A program made the translations under genes and the position numbers. The notes under the pieces were generated by a model. It saw nothing but the letters and a program-made list of their open reading frames with translations. It was not told where the DNA came from and made no database searches. A stretch of 64,000 nt of DNA from Acidimicrobiales bacterium (lineage in GTDB: Bacteria; Actinomycetota; Acidimicrobiia; Acidimicrobiales; Palsa-688), in the NCBI GenBank assembly GCA_036264135.1, contig DATARN010000008.1, positions 9,095 through 73,094 of the forward strand, given 5' to 3'. Shown here piece by piece: positions 15,899-25,797 of the stretch. The stretch's first letter is position 1, and each line of letters starts with the position of its first letter.

Positions 15899-17017
15899 TT
15901 AGTCGTCCCGTTCGGCTTCGACGTGAAGGTTCACGCGTACGTCGGGGTAAATCCGCAACATCAGCACCGTGGGTGACGGCAAGTGGAAGTCTCGGGCGTC
16001 AAGGGCGTGGTCGCCCGTGACGACCAGCTTCCTGTCCGAGAGCAACTTCAGCCCCACCGTGTCCCGCAAGGTCCGGGTAACGCCATGGAAGGTCATGTCC
16101 GCACCCAACCGGTAGCGGTCACCGGTGCCGACGGCCCAGCATTCGCGGAGGCGCAGTGAAACGTGGGGGAATCGTCGGGCGTCGATCCGGCGCAACAACT
16201 CGGCGTCATAGAGCGCGTTGCCGGAGCGCAACTGGTCCACCGCGATATCGAGCCGGGCCGCGGGGTCGGACTCCAGGCTTACCTTGCCGTCCTTCATGTC
16301 CAGCTCGATCTCGCCGCTCAGACCCATGGCGCCGAAACGGATGGGGCCGACCGTCGAACGGGCCTCGATGAGCACGACGGAACGGTCGGGCACGACGCAG
16401 AAATGGGCCCGCCGCACCGGCGCCGGTGCGGATGCCGCTTCGGGCGGCGTCGATTGCCGCGAGGTGAGGCCCACGACCGGTGAGGAGATGCGGGTGTGCG
16501 CGAGCAGGCCGGTGGGCGCGCCGGCGGCGTCGCTCACGGCACGGCGCCGGCCCGCCGCGCAGGTGGACGACACCGATGACCAGGCATGACCGAGCGCTTC
16601 ATTCCACGCCCCCTCGACCTGGGCCAGGGCGGCGTCGGCCGTCCCCGTCGCCTGGTAGCGATGCAGCACATTGTCGAGGCAGTCACGCTCTTCCTTAACC
16701 ACGCCCATCCAGGCCCGCAGGACCCGGGCACCACTTTCGGTGACGCCGTAGACCTTCCGGGCCTGGCCGGCTTTGGCCGGCTCGTCCCACACCTTGACCA
16801 GGCCGTCCTGCTCCAGTTGGGCCAAGGCCCGGTACACGGCGGGGCGCTCGACCGCGCCGAACCGAAAGTCCTGGAGATCCTTGACGAGGCTGTACCCGTA
16901 CCCCGGTTTCTCCGAGAGCAAAAGAAGAATCGCAGGGAGTAGGAAATGGCGAGGGGGCGAGAACTCAAAGCGGGACTGGCGTGCCGACCAATCCGTCGTT
17001 ATGGCCTCATTGTCCAT
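15899..17017 (-). CDS. PadR-family winged-helix regulator fused to a C-terminal YceI-like domain
   Basis: The N-terminus reads LLPAILLLLSEKPGYGYSLVKDL...RKVYGVTESG (PadR). The C-terminal ~170 aa read DPAARLDIAVDQLRSGNALYDAELLRRIDARRFPHVSL...MTFHGVTR, which resembles the YceI polyisoprenoid-binding fold. Confidence 0.6.
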   Translation of the reverse strand: MDNEAITTDWSARQSRFEFSPPRHFLLPAILLLLSEKPGYGYSLVKDLQDFRFGAVERPAVYRALAQLEQDGLVKVWDEPAKAGQARKVYGVTESGARVLRAWMGVVKEERDCLDNVLHRYQATGTADAALAQVEGAWNEALGHAWSSVSSTCAAGRRRAVSDAAGAPTGLLAHTRISSPVVGLTSRQSTPPEAASAPAPVRRAHFCVVPDRSVVLIEARSTVGPIRFGAMGLSGEIELDMKDGKVSLESDPAARLDIAVDQLRSGNALYDAELLRRIDARRFPHVSLRLRECWAVGTGDRYRLGADMTFHGVTRTLRDTVGLKLLSDRKLVVTGDHALDARDFHLPSPTVLMLRIYPDVRVNLHVEAERDD

Positions 17018-17097
17018 GGCCGCGTTGGTGCTCCCACTTCACCACCCTTGCTAGCTGCTCACCGCGGGGGTGTCAAGTAGCGCCGCGTCGGAGGCGG

Positions 17098-18162
17098 TCA
17101 CGTCTCCCAGCTGGGCTCGGCCGCCGGGTCGTCTCCGGTGGAGTTCGTCTTGGTCGCCTCGTCGGCATCGAACACCCGGCTCTGGAGGATGTCCTCGGCC
17201 TCGATGCGCATCAAGTCGCCCTTGTTCAGTTTTTGGCTCGGGTTGGCCACGATGCGCGCCGCCTGGCGAAGCCGGGACCGCTCCAGGGCGTTGCGGACGC
17301 TACGGGCGTTGGCGAAGCGGGGCTGCTGCATCCGGCGCTCCAGGTAGTCGCGGAAGGCCTTTTCGGCATCGGGCGAGAACTCGTAGCGTTGCTCCTCCAG
17401 CATGAGCAGGGCGATCTGCAGCAACTCGTCAAGGGAGTAGTCCGGGAAGTTGATGTGGTGGGCGATCCGGGAGCCCATGCCGGGGTTGGACTGGAAGAAC
17501 TGGTCCATCCGGTCCTTGTAGCCGGCCAGGATCACCACCAGGTTCTCCCGCTCGTTCTCCATGATCTGCAGGAGGATCTCGATGGTCTCCTGGCCGTAGT
17601 CCCGCTCGTTCTCCTGGCGGTACAGGTAGTAGGCCTCATCGATGAACAGCACACCGCCCATGGCCCGCTTTAGGACCTCTTTGGTCTTGGGGGCGGTATG
17701 GCCGATGTACTGGCCCACCAGGTCGTCGCGGGTCACGCTCACCAGGTGCCCCTTGCGCAAGTAGCCCAGGCGGTGGAGCAGCTCGGCCATTCGCAGGGCC
17801 ACGGTGGTCTTGCCCGTCCCGGGGCTGCCGGTGAAGGACATGTGCAGGGTGGGTCGGGTCGACTCGATGCCGAAGCGGCGGCGCAGCCGGTCGACGAGCA
17901 GCAGGTCGCCGATCTCCCGGATCCGCTGCTTGACCGGCACCAGCCCGACCAGTTCACGGTCGAGGCGGTCGAGCACCTCTTTGGTGTGGACGGCCGCTTC
18001 CTCCGACTGGACGTCCACCTGGGCGTCGTCGGGAAGCAACTCGTCGCCGAAATCGGTTGTTTCCTTCCCGCCGTCCGCGCCGTTTTCTTCCGCCGCCGGC
18101 GCGGGCGCCGACCCGGAGCGGATGGAGAACCCCCGCCCCGAGCCGGAACCTGCGTCAGTCAC
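17098..18162 (-). CDS. cbbX: CbbX, AAA+ red-type RuBisCO activase
   Basis: Walker [12 protein letters not shown] and the motifs [14 protein letters not shown] and [11 protein letters not shown] are present. The GTG start overlaps the cbbS stop (GTGA). A ~45-aa Gly/Ser/Ala-rich N-terminal extension is present. Confidence 0.88.
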   Translation of the reverse strand: MTDAGSGSGRGFSIRSGSAPAPAAEENGADGGKETTDFGDELLPDDAQVDVQSEEAAVHTKEVLDRLDRELVGLVPVKQRIREIGDLLLVDRLRRRFGIESTRPTLHMSFTGSPGTGKTTVALRMAELLHRLGYLRKGHLVSVTRDDLVGQYIGHTAPKTKEVLKRAMGGVLFIDEAYYLYRQENERDYGQETIEILLQIMENERENLVVILAGYKDRMDQFFQSNPGMGSRIAHHINFPDYSLDELLQIALLMLEEQRYEFSPDAEKAFRDYLERRMQQPRFANARSVRNALERSRLRQAARIVANPSQKLNKGDLMRIEAEDILQSRVFDADEATKTNSTGDDPAAEPSWET

Positions 18163-18608
18163 TTCGACCCGTTGCCCTTCGACCCGTTGGCCTGATACCG
18201 CTCGCCGTGCGGCTTGTCCACGGCGTAGGCATGCACGGTGTAGGCGATGTGGCGGTCGTTCAACTCGGTGCGGTCCAAGCGGAACCCGGGCTCCTCGGCC
18301 GGCCGGTTGACGATGAAGTCCAAGCCGGTGGTCTGGCGGTGGGGGCTCGGGTCATACCCCACCACCTTGATGTAGTGGTTGGGGTAGGCCTCGCGGCACT
18401 TGTTCATCTCGAAGACGACCGCCGAGGCGTCCTTGATGTCGAACATCGGCAGGTCCCACATCTCCCACAGCGGATTGCGGGGATGGGGGTCGTCGGTGAA
18501 CTCGATGGCCATCGCCCAGCCCAACTCGATGCAGTATTGGACTTGGAGGCGGATCTCGTCGTCGGTCAGTTCGGGAAGGAAGGAAAAGCATCCCTGGGTA
18601 ACTTTCAT
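18159..18608 (-). CDS. cbbS: RuBisCO small subunit
   Basis: The sequence [31 protein letters not shown]...DDPHPRN..WEMW..PMFD is typical of the red-type small subunit. Confidence 0.9.
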   Translation of the reverse strand: MKVTQGCFSFLPELTDDEIRLQVQYCIELGWAMAIEFTDDPHPRNPLWEMWDLPMFDIKDASAVVFEMNKCREAYPNHYIKVVGYDPSPHRQTTGLDFIVNRPAEEPGFRLDRTELNDRHIAYTVHAYAVDKPHGERYQANGSKGNGSK

Positions 18609-18619
18609 AATCGCTCCTC

Positions 18620-20185
<1,566 letters not shown>

Positions 20186-20193
20186 CTAGCTAT

Positions 20194-20207
20194 CCATAGG
20201 CATATGG
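20194..20207. promoter_or_regulatory. palindrome CCATAGGCATATGG in the AT-enriched cbbL upstream region
   Basis: CCATA-N4-TATGG lies about 100-112 nt upstream of the cbbL ATG, inside the 267-bp gap between 20363 and 20095. It is a candidate binding site for a LysR-type or other regulator. Confidence 0.25.
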
Positions 20208-20362
20208 CTAACTGTGACCGGCAAGGCGGACAGAACGGACGCGAAGCGGCCTGATCGGCGGTCGTCCTCCGATCAGGCCACAGGCAACGTCATCGACAAC
20301 TCAGGTGGTGCTGTCCTTCTCCCCCGGCAGGAGCGACGGGGGCCGCAAACGGTCGAACCGAG

Positions 20363-20623
20363 TCAGCGACCGGGGGCCCGCAGGGGGCGAACCCGACTGG
20401 CCGCGGGCGGCGGAGCCGACGACGAATCCGGGACGGTTGCCGCCACCCCGCCGGCGCTGGCACCGCCGCCGGCACCGGCACCTACACCGGATGCCTTCAG
20501 CGCCTCGGCTACCGCGTTGTTGATCACCTTCTGCACCGTCGCCTGCACCTCTGACACCAAGCCGCCGACCATCTTCAGCGCCGGTTCGGCCATTCCAATG
20601 ACAGTCTCGAAGATGTCGGCCAT
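20363..20623 (-). CDS. small Gly/Ala-rich protein of unknown function
   Basis: The ATG at 20623 has GGGAGAG upstream, directly after the preceding stop. The product is MADIFETVIGMAEPALKMVGGLVSEVQATVQKVINNAVAEALKASG... followed by a poly-Gly/Ala tail. Confidence 0.5.
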   Translation of the reverse strand: MADIFETVIGMAEPALKMVGGLVSEVQATVQKVINNAVAEALKASGVGAGAGGGASAGGVAATVPDSSSAPPPAASRVRPLRAPGR

Positions 20624-20645
20624 TTCCGCTCTCCCTCGCCTTCCG

Positions 20646-20990
20646 TCAGATAACCAGCCGGAGCCCGTTGCCCCGTTGCTGTGAAACGAGATCCTTGCCC
20701 CGCCCGATCAGATCGAAGACCAACCCCTGGGCCGTCGCCAGCCCGGTGGTCACGATGCCCTTGACCTCCTCCGAGGAGGCCATATCGGTAATGGCGCTCT
20801 TCACTGATCCGCCGCCGCTGAAGAGCCCGCTGAACAGCCCCTCCGCCTGAGCCATTCCCCCGGAAATCACCGATCGGATCTCATCGGCGTCGGCGACGGA
20901 CCCGAAGGCATCCTTCAGGACCGACACACTTTGGCCACCGGCCTCGCTGCCGAGGAGATACCCCAGCACAAACCCTGCCAGAACTTCCAC
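20646..20990 (-). CDS. small YtxH-like glycine-zipper protein of unknown function
   Basis: The likely GTG start at 20990 has GGAGAGGAG upstream (the ORF track start is 21008). The product is VEVLAGFVLGYLLGSEAGG... with repeated amphipathic segments (GLFSGLFSGGG). Confidence 0.5.
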   Translation of the reverse strand: MEVLAGFVLGYLLGSEAGGQSVSVLKDAFGSVADADEIRSVISGGMAQAEGLFSGLFSGGGSVKSAITDMASSEEVKGIVTTGLATAQGLVFDLIGRGKDLVSQQRGNGLRLVI

Positions 20991-21039
20991 GTTCCTGCTC
21001 CTCTCCATCGTGCGGGTAGGTGCTCCCGCCGGCTGGCCC

Positions 21040-21282
21040 CTACGCCGCCGGCTCGAGCTGTCGGGAGCGAGCGTCGATGTCGGGGGTGTCGAGCTTCTGG
21101 GCCAACGCCTTGCGACCGCTCGACAGGAACTCCCCGACGAGTGCGAACAGCCCTCCGAGCATGTCCCGGAACGCCTGGGATGTGGTGATCGTGTGCCACG
21201 ATTCGGTGAGCTCCCTGTGCCCCTTGTCCCCGGCTCGGGTGCCCAGCACGTAGCCGATGACCAGCCCCACTATCGCTGCCAT
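21040..21282 (-). CDS. small YtxH-like glycine-zipper protein of unknown function
   Basis: MAAIVGLVIGYVLGTRAGDKGHRELTES... has the same N-terminal G-x3-G-x3-G helix as the 20646..20990 product. It overlaps the hypC 3' end by 13 nt. Confidence 0.5.
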   Translation of the reverse strand: MAAIVGLVIGYVLGTRAGDKGHRELTESWHTITTSQAFRDMLGGLFALVGEFLSSGRKALAQKLDTPDIDARSRQLEPAA

Positions 21283-21569
21283 GCCTCTCCTCCTGTATTG
21301 GTCGTGACACTCGATGACGACATCGCCGTCATCTCGTCGGTGTATGCCTCGCCCATCATTGCCAGCGCGGCCATCGCCTGTTCCGCTTCTTCTTCGTCAA
21401 TCTTGGACATGGCAAAGCCCACGTGGATGAGGACCCAGTCGCCGGGGACGATCTTCTCGTCCTCCAGCAACCCAATATTTATGACCCGGCCGACACCGGC
21501 GACGTCAACGCGGGCCAGATGCTCGTGATCGAGTAACTCAGTGACCTGACCGGGTATCCCTAGGCACAT
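21270..21569 (-). CDS. hypC: hydrogenase assembly chaperone HypC/HupF family
   Basis: The canonical N-terminus MCLGIPGQV is present, along with GDWVLIHVGFAMSKIDEEEA. Confidence 0.88.
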   Translation of the reverse strand: MCLGIPGQVTELLDHEHLARVDVAGVGRVINIGLLEDEKIVPGDWVLIHVGFAMSKIDEEEAEQAMAALAMMGEAYTDEMTAMSSSSVTTNTGGEAWQR

Positions 21570-21578
21570 GACGATCCG

Positions 21579-21683
21579 TCACATCTCCCGGATCTTGAGG
21601 TACCGAGCGATGTCGGGCAGCGACTTCACGACCACGGCCGCGAGCACCGCGAACAACAACGACAAGAACACACGCTGAATCAT
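21579..21683 (-). CDS. 34-aa hydrophobic micro-protein (not in the ORF track)
   Basis: My own translation is ATG ATT CAG ... ATG TGA = MIQRVFLSLLFAVLAAVVVKSLPDIARYLKIREM. The ATG overlaps the protease stop (ATGA) and the ORF ends 9 nt before the hypC ATG. The C-terminal motif P-D-I-x-R-Y-L-K-I-R-x-M resembles, from memory, a small-protein family annotated next to actinobacterial hydrogenase proteases. Confidence 0.55.
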   Translation of the reverse strand: MIQRVFLSLLFAVLAAVVVKSLPDIARYLKIREM

Positions 21684-22219
21684 GTTGATCTGGTCTCCCT
21701 TCCAGCAGGTTGGCATGCATCGGTGAGCAGGTCGCCCACCAGTTCAGTGAGCAGCTCGCTCACCATCTCTACCGCTCGGTCGACGGCCGAAGCCACCGGT
21801 TCCGAGAGGCCCATCCCTTCCTCGGTAGTCGCCGGCTGGCATCCGACGACCAGAACCCGGTCGACGGAACCACCGAGGTTGGCCAGCGTGCCCAGCACCA
21901 CAAGCGGGCTCATGGTGTGGGCGTCCATCACCGGAACAGGGTCACCGTCGACCTCGGATCGTGGCGGCGGCGCGTCCGGCTCGAGAACGACGACCGTGCC
22001 CGGCGGCTCTTCACCAATCGACATGGCATCGATGATCACCAGTGCGTCGAACCCCTCCATCAGGTCGTACGCCAGGTGCACGCCACGAATGCCATAGTCC
22101 TCGACTCGCACACCGTCGGGCAGCGGCACCCGGGTCAACCGATTGGCCACCTCGACGCCGAAGCCGTCATCGCGGAAAAACACATTCCCGATCCCGGCGC
22201 ACATGATTCGGGGCCTCAT
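21680..22219 (-). CDS. [NiFe]-hydrogenase maturation endopeptidase (HybD/HupD family)
   Basis: GIGNVFFRDDGFG is present, along with DYGIRGVHLAYDL and VIIDA. The ATG overlaps the upstream stop. Confidence 0.88.
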   Translation of the reverse strand: MRPRIMCAGIGNVFFRDDGFGVEVANRLTRVPLPDGVRVEDYGIRGVHLAYDLMEGFDALVIIDAMSIGEEPPGTVVVLEPDAPPPRSEVDGDPVPVMDAHTMSPLVVLGTLANLGGSVDRVLVVGCQPATTEEGMGLSEPVASAVDRAVEMVSELLTELVGDLLTDACQPAGRETRST

Positions 22220-23808
22220 GGGGAAACCTCGCCGCCACGGGCGGCCGGGGTGCCACCCGGCCCCCTTTCCCCTCCGCCGGCGCCGTCCCCCACGATGGTC
22301 GGGAACTCGACGTCCCAGCCCCGCTCGGCCAGCCGGGCGGCGTCCACCTGGCGCCCGGCACTGGCGATCTGCTCGGCCTGCCCGAGGGCGTTGGCTTCCT
22401 CCGGCGACAGTGGCTCGATCTCGTCGGGATGGAAGTAATAGAACCGGCCCTGAAACTCGTAGATCTCCGTGGCCGGGTCGCCGTCGACGGTCACCGCCAC
22501 GTGGAAGCCACCGTCCACGTCGTGGAAGATGCCCGCCACCGTCGCCGTCATGCCGGCCAGGAAGATGTCGTGGACATCCGCCCGGTGGCTGGGCCGCAAT
22601 CGCACTCGCGACCCCTTGCCCACTTCCACGCCCTGGATGAACTCAGTGTCGTTCCAGGGATCGAAGGTGGCATCGATCACCGGGTCCAGCCATGGCACCG
22701 GCTCGGGATCGGTCGGGTCGATGCGGTCACCCTGCGGCTCGAGGCTGCGGATATCGCGCATGGTGCCGTGCAGCTTGTCCCAAGCTCCCGCGGCCATGTT
22801 GTCGCAGCGGTCGATGATGGCCCGGGAGCGGGGATCGGTGCCTCGGGCCTCGGCCTTCTCCTCCTCGGTCAAGGTGAGGACCCGCAGCGCCAGGATCTCG
22901 TCGATCTCGCAGCCGTCGTGGAAGTCGCCGTCGCTCTCCGGGGCGATGGCCGGGTAGTCGTACAGGATGATCGGCGACGCCAGCACCAGGTCGGTGGCCC
23001 CCGGCTGGCCCACCAGCACGGCGTACGACGCGATGCTCTGGCATCCCGCCACCGCCTCGGCGGCGTGTTCGGGCGGGTCGAAGAGCGAGCAGAACGCCCC
23101 CTCCTCCAAAGCGGCCAGCGTATTCACCGCGATAAGGGAGCGGCGCATGGCCTCCTCGCGGCCCCCGCTCAACGTCCAGGGTGTGGTGTTCTCCACCTCG
23201 ATGCGGACCTTCAGCAACACGCCAGGCCCGGCGGCCCACTCGGTCGTCACCCGGGCGACGGCGCTGACATGTTCGCTGCGGCGCACGATGCGGCCCCGCA
23301 CCGGGCTGCTGGCATCGCCGGCCACCTCGGTGACGATCTCGGTCTCTTCGCGGGCGGCGAACTCCAGGGTGACCGTGCTGGCGGCCTGGGCAACCGGCAG
23401 CAGGGCCAGGAGCGGCACGTCGACCTCCCGCTCGATGGCCTCATCCCACTCCATCCACATCCGGTCCCCAACCACCAGCTTGTCGGTCCGGGTGAACTCG
23501 CCGTCGGCACCGGCGGCCTCCAGGGCCCGGTGCTGCAGCTGCAGGAACCGCAGGCGCACGGCCAGGCGGGGCTCGTCGCCGGGGTCGACGACGAGCTCGG
23601 TGCGCATCAGGGCGCGCTCACAGGAGTCGACGGCCAGCCACGCCGGCGGCACCAGCACGCCCCACTGGAAACGGACACCGCCACTGTTCTTGCCGTTGGT
23701 GGCGTGGTACGGGTAGAGGATGTACCCCTCGTAGAGCACCGCGTCAGCCACCCCGCCGGCGGTGGCGAACCGCCGTGCCATCTCCTCCGTCACGGCGCTG
23801 CTGCTCAT
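22216..23808 (-). CDS. conserved hypothetical protein (530 aa) of the hydrogenase operon
   Basis: The start is set at the ATG at 23808, overlapping the upstream stop. I recognise no catalytic motif. Translational coupling on both sides supports it as a real gene. Confidence 0.6.
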   Translation of the reverse strand: MSSSAVTEEMARRFATAGGVADAVLYEGYILYPYHATNGKNSGGVRFQWGVLVPPAWLAVDSCERALMRTELVVDPGDEPRLAVRLRFLQLQHRALEAAGADGEFTRTDKLVVGDRMWMEWDEAIEREVDVPLLALLPVAQAASTVTLEFAAREETEIVTEVAGDASSPVRGRIVRRSEHVSAVARVTTEWAAGPGVLLKVRIEVENTTPWTLSGGREEAMRRSLIAVNTLAALEEGAFCSLFDPPEHAAEAVAGCQSIASYAVLVGQPGATDLVLASPIILYDYPAIAPESDGDFHDGCEIDEILALRVLTLTEEEKAEARGTDPRSRAIIDRCDNMAAGAWDKLHGTMRDIRSLEPQGDRIDPTDPEPVPWLDPVIDATFDPWNDTEFIQGVEVGKGSRVRLRPSHRADVHDIFLAGMTATVAGIFHDVDGGFHVAVTVDGDPATEIYEFQGRFYYFHPDEIEPLSPEEANALGQAEQIASAGRQVDAARLAERGWDVEFPTIVGDGAGGGERGPGGTPAARGGEVSP

Positions 23809-24443
23809 ACGTCCTCCCCGGCCTGCTTCAGGAGGGACTCGATGGTGTCCTCCCACGTCGGGAGGGCGTTCTTCACCTTGTACCTGGTCAGCAAATCAAT
23901 TGTTTCCCGGTGCGCCCGGATCCAACCGCTATTCGGGAAGTACATGTCCATGGCGTCGTGCCAAATCTTGGCCGGCATCTTGAACGCCCGGTCCTTGTTC
24001 CACCCGATGGGCTCGGCGGCAAACCCGTTGTCCCCGCTGGTGAAGAACGTCCCGGCGAACAGGAACTGCAGCGGGATGTCTCCGTCGCGAACGTTGTGGA
24101 GATACTTGTTGCCCGCCACTTCGAAGTCGTAGGTGCACATCATCGGCAATTCGATCTCGGTCGTGCCCTCAAAGCGCGGAACGACGATGCCGGTGTGCGT
24201 CCAGAGGAACGGCTTCAGCGTGTCCCCCCAGCGCTTCGGGTCGTCGAACAGCTCGTAGAGCCGGTCGTGCTCGTCGGCGCGGTAATTGCGCTTCTGCGGC
24301 TCGATCATGATCTGGGCTCGCAGGGCGCAGGCGTGGACATAGGCGCCCGACGCCTCGGTGACCCGGATCGTGAATATGATGGTGGGAACGGCGGCGTAGT
24401 TCTGGGCGTGGGCGGCGAGAACCTCGAAATCCAACGAACTCAT
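23805..24443 (-). CDS. conserved hypothetical protein (212 aa; recalled as a DUF6084-like partner of group 1h hydrogenases)
   Basis: The product begins MSSLDFEVLAAHAQNYAAVPTIIFTIRVTE... . Its start overlaps the upstream stop by 1 nt (TGATG). The DUF assignment is from memory only. Confidence 0.6.
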   Translation of the reverse strand: MSSLDFEVLAAHAQNYAAVPTIIFTIRVTEASGAYVHACALRAQIMIEPQKRNYRADEHDRLYELFDDPKRWGDTLKPFLWTHTGIVVPRFEGTTEIELPMMCTYDFEVAGNKYLHNVRDGDIPLQFLFAGTFFTSGDNGFAAEPIGWNKDRAFKMPAKIWHDAMDMYFPNSGWIRAHRETIDLLTRYKVKNALPTWEDTIESLLKQAGEDV

Positions 24444-25093
24444 CAGGGTCGCTTGGCCTTCGCCCGGACTCGGTGGAAGAAGGCGTCCATCGCCTCGTTC
24501 GCTTCCTTGCCGCCGTCGAAGCCCCGCCACAGCCGGCGCATCTCCCCGACCAACTCATAGCAGGCGTCAATGGGCACGAGGAAGCACTGCGGGTTCTGGC
24601 CGGCCCGGTCCTTGTGCACCAAGAAGGCCTCCACGTCGGGCAGGATCGTGGCCAGTTCCGGATTGGCGTCGACGACGTCCTGCCAGGTGTCGAGGGACAG
24701 CAGCGACTCTGTGGCCCCCGCCGGGCTCGGATAGAACGCCGCCACCCGATCGAGTTCGGAGTTCACGAAGAAAAAGGCCGTGCTCACCGGGATCTGCAGT
24801 GAGTCCCACTGCGCCGCCGACAGCGAGAAGTCCTCGAAGTACAGAAAGCGGTCGGGAACCGCCTGGTAGTGGCTGCCGCCCGCCCCCTTGGCCTGGAACA
24901 GGAGGTAGCAGGGGCGGCAGGCGCACAGCAGGTTGCGGGACTTCAGATCGGCGAGGTGGCCATGCTCGTCGGGAATGGGCTCCCCGCACAGCTCGCAGAC
25001 CTCACCGGGGCGGGGCCGGCGGGCAACGGTGCGCTCCCGGATGCGTTCCAGCACCTTCAGGGGCTCGCGGGGATACTCGTTGGTGTCACTCAT
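24443..25093 (-). CDS. conserved hypothetical Cys-motif protein (216 aa; recalled as DUF5947-like)
   Basis: CELCGEPIPDEHGHL...LLCACRPCYLLF gives a C-x2-C...C-x-C-x2-C arrangement that suggests metal binding. It lies directly downstream of the NifU-like gene. Confidence 0.6.
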   Translation of the reverse strand: MSDTNEYPREPLKVLERIRERTVARRPRPGEVCELCGEPIPDEHGHLADLKSRNLLCACRPCYLLFQAKGAGGSHYQAVPDRFLYFEDFSLSAAQWDSLQIPVSTAFFFVNSELDRVAAFYPSPAGATESLLSLDTWQDVVDANPELATILPDVEAFLVHKDRAGQNPQCFLVPIDACYELVGEMRRLWRGFDGGKEANEAMDAFFHRVRAKAKRP

Positions 25094-25103
25094 CGCCGGT
25101 TGC

Positions 25104-25697
25104 TCACCGCGGCGCCAACTCCGGCACGAGTTCCGCCGGGCATTCTTCGTAGCTCGCCGTTTTCGTCCCGAGCGTGATGGGGACGGCGGAACCGGGCGCC
25201 GCCACCTCTTCGTGGGGCTGCTCGACGTCGATGATGACGATCTCGGGGGCCGCCTCGGCGATCGCCGTCTCTACCGCCAAGCGCAGTGTCACCGTTGACG
25301 ATGGGCAGCCGTGGCAGCTTCCGAGCAGGTTGAGGTGCACGGCCCCGGCTTGAACATCGATATCGAGCAACTCGACGTCGCCCCCGTGGCTGGCCAGCAT
25401 CGGCCGGACGCCCTCAAGGGCCCGGCCCACCCGGGTCGCCAGGTCCTCGGGGTGCAGCCCGTGCACGAGCAGCAGGCTCGACACGAGCTCATCGCCGGCG
25501 AGCCGGTCCAGCATTGCCGGGTCCTCCTCCCCCACAATTTCCGCAATCCGGGCCAAGCCACCGCCATACAAATCGGTGACCAGGCCCAACATCTCTTCAG
25601 CCTGGCCGTATATGCGCGGATCAGCGGCTGCTCGCAACTCGTCGAGCAGCTGCTCGATCCGATCACCAACGGCCCGGAGGTTCTTCTTCTCGGCCAT
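25104..25697 (-). CDS. NifU-domain Fe-S protein (HhyE-like)
   Basis: The C-terminal NifU motif reads HGGDVELLDID...LLGSCHGCPSSTVTLR. The start is set at the ATG at 25697 (MAEKKNL...). Confidence 0.75.
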   Translation of the reverse strand: MAEKKNLRAVGDRIEQLLDELRAAADPRIYGQAEEMLGLVTDLYGGGLARIAEIVGEEDPAMLDRLAGDELVSSLLLVHGLHPEDLATRVGRALEGVRPMLASHGGDVELLDIDVQAGAVHLNLLGSCHGCPSSTVTLRLAVETAIAEAAPEIVIIDVEQPHEEVAAPGSAVPITLGTKTASYEECPAELVPELAPR

Positions 25698-25797
25698 GGG
25701 CCCCCCTCCGGGGTCAAAAGTTCGTCGCACCAACCGCGTACAGAACATGCCGGGTTCCCGGCGCAGGACACGCCGGGAACCCCGATGCTACTTCTCG

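Noticed and set aside
22216-23808. Whether the 530-aa operon protein could be the missing HypD
   Set aside because: It has no GPGCPVC / CGxH-type HypD motifs and is about 150 aa too long, so it is kept as a conserved hypothetical.
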